A DNA stretch of 64,000 nucleotides, from NCBI GenBank assembly GCA_965216785.1, contig OZ244197.1, positions 1,280,001-1,344,000 on the forward strand. The letters are read 5' to 3'. Position numbers and translations under genes: made by a program. Positions 58,003 through 64,000 of the stretch are shown here, piece after piece (positions within the stretch are counted from its first letter, which is position 1; every line of letters starts with the position of its first letter). Below the pieces are notes generated by a model. It made no database searches, had not been told where the DNA came from, and saw only the letters and a list, made by a program, of their open reading frames with translations. The stretch comes from Thermodesulfobacteriota bacterium. Lineage in GTDB: Bacteria > Desulfobacterota_D > UBA1144 > Nemesobacterales > UBA2774.

Positions 58003-59292
58003 TTAAGTGCCTTTGTCCTCTTCCCTGGCGATTTTTACGCCTTCATCGACGTTTACGCGGGTGAGCAGAATCGTGCCCGCAAGGAAGAATATAACGATCG
58101 CTACGATGCTGAATCTGGTGTTGCCTGTGATCTGAGCTACCAGCGCGAATACAAGTGGGCCAAGGAACCCCCCTATCCGTGAGCTCATTCCGTAAAATCC
58201 GAAAAACTCAGCCGTTCTGGACTTGGGTATCATAGAGCCGTAAAGCGAGCGGCTAAGTGCCTGCGCCCCTCCCTGCACCGTTCCGACCATGAACGCCAGT
58301 ATCCAGAAGTCTATGGGTTTGGTAATGAAATATCCGCCTATGGATATTAAAGTGTAGACGGAAAGGCATATGTAAATACATCTCTTTGCGCCTATATGCT
58401 TTGCGAGCCAGCCAAAGAAGAAAGAGAAAGGCACGCCTACTATGAGAGTAAGCAGAAGTGCACCGATGAGTGTACTCATACCGAGCCCTAGATCGGCGCC
58501 GTAGATGGTGGCCATGCGTATGATGGTGCCGATGCCGTCGTTGTAGACGAGGAACGCTATTAGGAACAACAGCAGCTGCCGGTAACGCTTAATGTTCTCA
58601 AATGTATTTCTTAAAAGCCTGTAGCCCGCGAGTACTGTGCTGTCTCCAGGGGATAGGCTGCCGTCAGCTTTTGGCTCCTTTACATTTAATATGAGAGGGA
58701 TAGTGAAGACGGCCCACCAGATGGAGACACTTAAGAAAGAAAGTCTAGCGGCAAGCCCTTTGTCCGACATAAGCTGAATCATGGCGATATTTATGGCGAG
58801 TAGAATGCCGCCTCCCATATAGCCAAACCCGAACCCCCGGGTCGATACTCTGTCGATGTCCCCGGGTTTCGCCACATGGGGGAGAAGGGAGTCGTGCATG
58901 ACGTCAGCGAGAGCAAACCCGGTGTTGCTTATAATGAATATCAAAGAAGCCATGGCCCAGTCGCCTGTTTTTACAAAGTAAAGGAATACTGTAGTAAAAA
59001 TGCCTATGGCCGCGAAAATGAGAAGGAGCCTTTTTCTGAGACCCATGAGATTAGCAAGGGTGCCAAGCATCGGGGCGAGGAGGGCAGCCAGGATTACTGT
59101 GATTGTGGTGCTGTATCCCCAGTACGCGGTCGCAGTGTTGGAGCCGAGTGTCGACGCCGCTACGTGGCTGTAATATACGGGCAGGATGGCTGAGACTATT
59201 GTGGTCGAATAACCGTTTTCCGCCCAGTGATAAAGCGCCCAGGAGTTTACGGATTTTTTGTAGGTTATTTCATTTTCTTTAGGGCTTGCCAT
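58003..59292 (-). CDS. MFS transporter, UMF1/Atg22-like
   Basis: WALYHWA, QGGAQALSRS, EFFGFY; ~12 TM. Confidence 0.88.
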   Translation of the reverse strand: MASPKENEITYKKSVNSWALYHWAENGYSTTIVSAILPVYYSHVAASTLGSNTATAYWGYSTTITVILAALLAPMLGTLANLMGLRKRLLLIFAAIGIFTTVFLYFVKTGDWAMASLIFIISNTGFALADVMHDSLLPHVAKPGDIDRVSTRGFGFGYMGGGILLAINIAMIQLMSDKGLAARLSFLSVSIWWAVFTIPLILNVKEPKADGSLSPGDSTVLAGYRLLRNTFENIKRYRQLLLFLIAFLVYNDGIGTIIRMATIYGADLGLGMSTLIGALLLTLIVGVPFSFFFGWLAKHIGAKRCIYICLSVYTLISIGGYFITKPIDFWILAFMVGTVQGGAQALSRSLYGSMIPKSRTAEFFGFYGMSSRIGGFLGPLVFALVAQITGNTRFSIVAIVIFFLAGTILLTRVNVDEGVKIAREEDKGT

Positions 59293-59373
59293 CTGAATTA
59301 CTCACTAACCTTAAAGCGAGAGAGTTACCAGCTAATACTAATAGGAAACCGGGAGAAAATACAATAGCGGGCG

Positions 59374-60450
59374 CTATCTCAAAACCTCAAGCGCTTTACA
59401 TTCGTGAAGGGCGCGGAATATGCGGGTGATCATAGCTTTGAGGAGCGGGACTCCTCTTGATCCTTCGTGCGATATAAGGTGGTGGGCGGTAACTGGCACG
59501 TAGGTATAGAATAGCAGGGCGCTTCTGTAATCGCGCCACGCCCCGCCGAGCGAGTAATCACTTACCCCTGAGCCTGCTAGCTCGTCATACCACATATCTA
59601 CAAACCCCAGGTGATCTTCATAGGAGATTTTATCTTTAAGGCTGCCGCACACTACTCTTGCGACGTCAAACGCGCCTGCTGATCTGCACGCGACCTGCCA
59701 GTCGAGCACAAGCACTTGGCCCTCTCCCTTAAACATGAGGTTGTCTGCCCGAAAGTCCGTGTGCGCTATTGTCATCGGGGCGGAGTGGAGAAGCTCTTCT
59801 ATTTTCTCGCCGCTATTGGATATGAGATCGCCTGCCTCGATATCCCGCTTACTAAGGACGTCTCTGTGCTCTTCTTTAAATTCAGGCCAGTTCTCCTTGT
59901 AGGAATCTCTAATATTACGGTTTTCACGAGGCATCCAGTCAAGGCTCTTAAGGTCGTCCGATTCCCACCAAAGGGCATGAAACTTCGAAATTTCCCGCAC
60001 AGCTGTCTCCACCCGCCCGCGGGATAGCCCCTCCACCTGGTTGCCGGGCTCCCAGTCTTTTTCGTCTTCGAGCACAAGAGTGTAATTTTTGGTTTCATCG
60101 TCCAATACGCTGTAATAGCATTTGGGCACTCGTACGGGGGAGCTTGGGGCGATCTGCCGGTAAAACAGAAGCTCTCTTTCATTCGCGCGGAATGTCTGAG
60201 CGAATTCCTTATTTATCTCTTCCGCCGGGGGAAACTTAATTACGTAGCTTCCCGGCATACCCGGCTCAAGCGAGTCGTAGCTGACATTTACTCTGCAAAT
60301 AGAGCTAAGAAAGCCCAATACAGCTCCATCCAGAGGCTTTACATCGATTGCGATTACCTGGCTGTTTTTGCAGACTCCGGCTTTTTCCAGCGCAAACCCG
60401 ATCCAGTCGCGGGTAATTTCGTCTGCAGTTATTGGATGATCTATACTCAC
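59374..60450 (-). CDS. Aminoglycoside/ecdysteroid-kinase-like phosphotransferase
   Basis: VIKFP, ELLFY, HTDFRADNL, LDWQ. Confidence 0.85.
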   Translation of the reverse strand: MSIDHPITADEITRDWIGFALEKAGVCKNSQVIAIDVKPLDGAVLGFLSSICRVNVSYDSLEPGMPGSYVIKFPPAEEINKEFAQTFRANERELLFYRQIAPSSPVRVPKCYYSVLDDETKNYTLVLEDEKDWEPGNQVEGLSRGRVETAVREISKFHALWWESDDLKSLDWMPRENRNIRDSYKENWPEFKEEHRDVLSKRDIEAGDLISNSGEKIEELLHSAPMTIAHTDFRADNLMFKGEGQVLVLDWQVACRSAGAFDVARVVCGSLKDKISYEDHLGFVDMWYDELAGSGVSDYSLGGAWRDYRSALLFYTYVPVTAHHLISHEGSRGVPLLKAMITRIFRALHECKALEVLR

Positions 60451-60539
60451 AAGTACAGCCCCTTAATAGTTAAGAGAATATTTAGCCTTTAATAATAAGT
60501 ATCTTATAATACTTATAGTAACTGATCACGGAGGGGGCG

Positions 60540-61037
60540 ATGACAAATATATATATTAGGCTGGCATTGGTTTTAATAATTATCACAATTCCTGCTGTTT
60601 CTTCGTTTGCGCAAGAGCAGGGTATAGACGGCACGTATGTTCTCGAATCCAGGGTGCTCGCCGACGGCACCGTGATGAAGCCCCCCGAGCTTATGGGGCT
60701 TTATAACCTAGAGGCCGGATACATAAATTTCAATCTCGTGAATAGAGACAGCGGCGGCAAAGTGCAGTCTGTTTCGTACATTGGCAAGTATAGTTTTAAC
60801 GGAGATCAGTACTATCAAGAAATACTTTTCGTTAGCGTGAGTAATGAAATAGACGGTGTGCCTGCAAGTTACGATTTTGAAAAAAAATCAGGCACTTCGG
60901 AGGTTAAAACCGAGGGCGGCCGGATCGAGTTTACCTTCCCTCCTCAAAACCAGATCAAGGCGGTATTTGATTCCGGAACATTTAAAGCTCAAAGAGTAGA
61001 CGGCGCGTATACAGACAACTGGAAAAAGATCGACTGA
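60540..61037 (+). CDS. Secreted lipocalin-like hypothetical protein
   Basis: Signal peptide; IDGTYVLESR...SYIGKY...DNWKKID. Confidence 0.7.
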   Translation: MTNIYIRLALVLIIITIPAVSSFAQEQGIDGTYVLESRVLADGTVMKPPELMGLYNLEAGYINFNLVNRDSGGKVQSVSYIGKYSFNGDQYYQEILFVSVSNEIDGVPASYDFEKKSGTSEVKTEGGRIEFTFPPQNQIKAVFDSGTFKAQRVDGAYTDNWKKID

Positions 61038-61123
61038 GTCAAACCCCCATCACACAATATTAGTTGAAGCATGTATATAAAAAAGGAGCTTTCTGTCGTT
61101 TACCCGGACATTGTGCCAAGCGG

Positions 61124-62245
61124 TTAATAATCGTGCACATATGTCATTTTAAGATCCCAATTTTGTGAGTCTAATAAATTTAAGCCTTGATGTTCACATC
61201 TATTATTATCTTTGCCTAATGATTTGATCAAGATAGTTTGAGTAAAATCTTTAACGCTTTTTCTCAAGTTGCCCTCTATAAATCCTTGTGAGATCAAATA
61301 ATCGATACAGTCTTGGTCCAGCATTCTTTCCCAAACCGATATTGTTCCAGAATCCATCATCTTTACAAGATGATTCAAGAGTTCTATTTTTATTTGGGAA
61401 TTAGCCGCTTCTAGTTCAAAAATATTGTACGTATCATAATCTCCCATAAGAAGCCCGTTATTTCCTAAAACCAAATAACCCTTTAATCCTTCGTCGTAGA
61501 GGTATAGGAATATATATTTTGACATCGGATTACTGTATCTCCAGCTAAAGTACGTTTCGTCCCTGATCAGAGTAATTTTATTTATCGGTACGAGGTCTTT
61601 TACGAGAATTGCCATTTCTTTAGGCTTTGGTCTATCCTCAACGACTAATCGTGATTGAGGCTCCGTTTTTGATCGTTGATGAATCCTGTTGATCGATTGC
61701 CTCATACCCAGCAAATCTTTAAGCCTCTGAGCAGCTCCCGTCTTCCACAGTATCTGTCTAGCAAATTTAATGGGGCCGGGCTCATTTCTTTGGATTTGTT
61801 TCGTCATCATAATAGAATGAATTTCTCCGATACTTTTCCAGCCCATTGCAAGAGAGTTCAGTAAATTAACAGTGCCTGCGCTGAAGTTAAATACATAACC
61901 GTAACCCCTTTCGTTAAGATCGCGCAAAACGAAGTTCATCAAATTCGTATATATTCCCTTGTTTCGATGGTCTTCATGTATATGTAAGTCCATAGAGGAT
62001 AAGGCTATAAAACGATTCGGAGTTCCCCCTATTTGCCAGTGCATATCGTGCATTCCCCTGAACCCAATAAGCTTGCCTGCGCTAAGAACTAAATAAATTT
62101 TGGGTGATTCGGAAACCGGGTTATCAATGTACTTCCATTTGAAGTAGTTATTGTTTAAGTTTGAATCGGCAGTCCAGAGTGGTTTTTGAAATTCACAAAT
62201 CTCATCATCGTACTTCTCGTCATATTTAATGATTTTGTAATCCAT
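61124..62245 (-). CDS. GNAT-family acyltransferase (double GNAT-like)
   Basis: WKYIDNP, IHEDHRNKGIY, RDETYFSWRY. Confidence 0.8.
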   Translation of the reverse strand: MDYKIIKYDEKYDDEICEFQKPLWTADSNLNNNYFKWKYIDNPVSESPKIYLVLSAGKLIGFRGMHDMHWQIGGTPNRFIALSSMDLHIHEDHRNKGIYTNLMNFVLRDLNERGYGYVFNFSAGTVNLLNSLAMGWKSIGEIHSIMMTKQIQRNEPGPIKFARQILWKTGAAQRLKDLLGMRQSINRIHQRSKTEPQSRLVVEDRPKPKEMAILVKDLVPINKITLIRDETYFSWRYSNPMSKYIFLYLYDEGLKGYLVLGNNGLLMGDYDTYNIFELEAANSQIKIELLNHLVKMMDSGTISVWERMLDQDCIDYLISQGFIEGNLRKSVKDFTQTILIKSLGKDNNRCEHQGLNLLDSQNWDLKMTYVHDY

Positions 62246-62453
62246 AATATTCTCTCTTACTTGTGCTTATGTAGTTATTGCTGTTACTTGTCGTGGAATG
62301 TGCGAAATTGACTATACAGTCTAGGGTATCCCACTCTTGGGCAAAATCCACGGTAGTCAGATCAAGCAGTACTCCGATTTCCTCTTCTGACATAAACGCG
62401 ATCCAGTCACGGATTGTATCGTTTATTGAATTGGGGTGGATTAGAGTTTCCAA
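62226..62453 (-). CDS. Small acidic hypothetical protein (75 aa)
   Basis: Fills the gap between the ATP-grasp and GNAT genes, abutting one and overlapping the other. Confidence 0.45.
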   Translation of the reverse strand: METLIHPNSINDTIRDWIAFMSEEEIGVLLDLTTVDFAQEWDTLDCIVNFAHSTTSNSNNYISTSKREYYGLQNH

Positions 62454-62454
62454 G

Positions 62455-63696
62455 TTAATAAATCCTTCTGATTAACGGTAACCTTTTAAATTTATACATA
62501 AATAGATCGATCATATCGTATATAAATGGAACTGGATCACGCAGAGACAGTACTGCAAAACTTTTAACTCCATAAATTGACTTGAGCGATTCTGATAAAG
62601 TTAACCTTCTTTGGAGATAGTTGGCCCAGGATGCGAGAAGGTATGTGCGTATACATATCCATTTAGCACCTCGCTTCTTAATCTTAATGCCGTTTTCTAG
62701 GGGTAAGTTCAAAGCATCGCAATAAAGAGCGTGCAGAATTGGCACCCCTACTGCTTCAACGAGTCCGATGCTGGTGTTAGGTCTCGAAACATCCGGTTCG
62801 ATAATATAATGATTACCATTTTTTTCATCAATCTTTATTTCAAGGGATGTAATACCTATAAAACGTATAGTAGAGTAGAATTTGAGAGCTTCTTTGATGA
62901 GAATTTCATTATGATTATCCTCGACTAAACATGCCTCTCCCATATCAACGGGCCATTGCCTTATCTTACGGGAAGTGTAGCTGAGTAAGGGTTTATGATT
63001 GGTATCGAAGTAGAAATAGCATTGATAAATATTCGATTCTTCACCCTCAATCCACTCCTGCAGGATTGGCTCAACACCGGAGTTTAAGCATAGCCCCAAC
63101 GATTTATATAATTGCTCAGGGTTATCTATCTTAATAGCTTTATGTTCAAAGAGTGACTGCCATTCTATATCGTTCTTTTTAGGTTTTAATATGCAAGGAT
63201 ATTTGATAACACGTTCTATATCATCGAGGTCTGATTCGTTTTTCGGGAAAAATGTTGACGGGATGGAATAATTATTATCAATGCAATATTTATATAGTTT
63301 TTCCTTATCGGTTAATAACTCTAGCGTATCGTGTTCCGGAAGGACGAAATGAAACCATTCCTTCAATTTTTCTCTATGAAGTGATATGACATTTATGCTA
63401 TCATCACTACAAGGAATAAGTACAGACTTTTCACTTAGCGTTTTTCCCAAGCCAATCAGAGTCTGTATCAATTCTTCATTCGATGTTTTTGAGGCAATTA
63501 CTCTCTTACACGAATTAGTCTTGCAGCAATAGTGATTAGGATTGTCTGCAATGCCAATTACCGGTATTCCGTAGCCTGCCAGTATCCTCGAAGTTTGCAG
63601 TCCTGTGGTGTAGTCAAGTTTTATTATTATGGCGTGTGGATATTGCATGTTGTTTGATTTTGCCGAGTTGAATTTATGCTGTTTTACTTTGCTCAA
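62455..63696 (-). CDS. ATP-grasp carboxylate-amine ligase (D-aspartate ligase-like)
   Basis: DKEKLY, YPCILKP, LQEWIEG, RKIRQWP, IIEPDVSR. Confidence 0.85.
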   Translation of the reverse strand: MSKVKQHKFNSAKSNNMQYPHAIIIKLDYTTGLQTSRILAGYGIPVIGIADNPNHYCCKTNSCKRVIASKTSNEELIQTLIGLGKTLSEKSVLIPCSDDSINVISLHREKLKEWFHFVLPEHDTLELLTDKEKLYKYCIDNNYSIPSTFFPKNESDLDDIERVIKYPCILKPKKNDIEWQSLFEHKAIKIDNPEQLYKSLGLCLNSGVEPILQEWIEGEESNIYQCYFYFDTNHKPLLSYTSRKIRQWPVDMGEACLVEDNHNEILIKEALKFYSTIRFIGITSLEIKIDEKNGNHYIIEPDVSRPNTSIGLVEAVGVPILHALYCDALNLPLENGIKIKKRGAKWICIRTYLLASWANYLQRRLTLSESLKSIYGVKSFAVLSLRDPVPFIYDMIDLFMYKFKRLPLIRRIY

Positions 63697-63728
63697 TAAA
63701 CCCTTTATGAGTAATGTCTGTCGGGCAA

Positions 63729-64000
63729 CTAGAAATCATGCATATAAAGCATTTTGAGATCCCAGGATTCAGGGTTGAGTAAATTGATGTCCTCGTACTT
63801 AAAGCTATTGCCACCCAAAGGTTTAACTAATACGGTCTGAAACCCGTCCTTAACACTTTTATTGGATATTTGTTCCGTAAATCCTTTTGCTTTCATGTAC
63901 TCCAAATTGTTTATATCCAGCATGCTTTCCCAGACTGATATTGAGCCGGGATGCATAATCATCATCAGATGGTTCAATAGTTCTATTTGTACAGATGCAT
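63729..64000 (-). CDS. C-terminus of a GNAT paralog of 61124-62245 (runs off window end)
   Basis: ISVWESML...KSVKD.FQTVLVK.LG...NLL...WDLKM.Y.HD matches the downstream paralog. Confidence 0.8.
   Translation of the reverse strand, partial: ASVQIELLNHLMMIMHPGSISVWESMLDINNLEYMKAKGFTEQISNKSVKDGFQTVLVKPLGGNSFKYEDINLLNPESWDLKMLYMHDF

Noticed and set aside
50340-61100. Integron cassette array
   Set aside because: Genes alternate strands, have their own promoters and terminators, and no repeated attC (RYYYAAC...GTTRRRY) structure or IntI is seen.
1-64000. CRISPR array or cas genes
   Set aside because: No regularly spaced direct repeats with unique spacers; the recurring motifs are IS ends, terminators and tRNA fragments.

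Overview
Bacterial chromosomal window with three compartments. (1) 1-~20.4 kb is an AT-rich accessory region ending in two tandem tRNA-Ala(GGC) 3'-end (att-like) copies. It holds PAS/GAF hybrid histidine kinases (one frameshifted), an IPTL-CTERM surface protein, a short tyrosine recombinase, a Mre11/SbcD + Rad50-like (YhaO/YhaN-type) pair, an HUH Rep/excisionase module, a pentameric ligand-gated ion channel and many solo IS3-type ends. (2) ~20.5-42 kb is GC-richer core: a di-heme protein, pyrE, a sigma54 activator divergent from a Pit/CysP permease-cysH pair, rseP-dxr-uppS, ctpA, rpsU-dnaG-rpoD, a catalytically degenerate Xer-like gene back-to-back with an orphan 5S rRNA, purN and aroF. (3) 42-64 kb starts with an integrase-less island bounded by a 67-bp repeat of the 5' part of tRNA-Leu(CAA), containing an IS3 that appears to have moved a GT4+GH15 cargo using a distant solo end. 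It continues with three more IPTL-CTERM genes, small accessory genes and a GNAT/ATP-grasp cluster at the edge. The expanded IPTL-CTERM family and gene style suggest Ca. Dadabacteria (Desulfobacterota-related); this is inference only. Most notable signals: IS3-end-bracketed cargo cassettes with apparent target-site duplications, 5'-end tRNA integration, the pseudo-recombinase/5S locus, a candidate glycosylase + Mre11/Rad50-like defence module, and an ATT-initiated cysH. All calls are by eye, without database searches.
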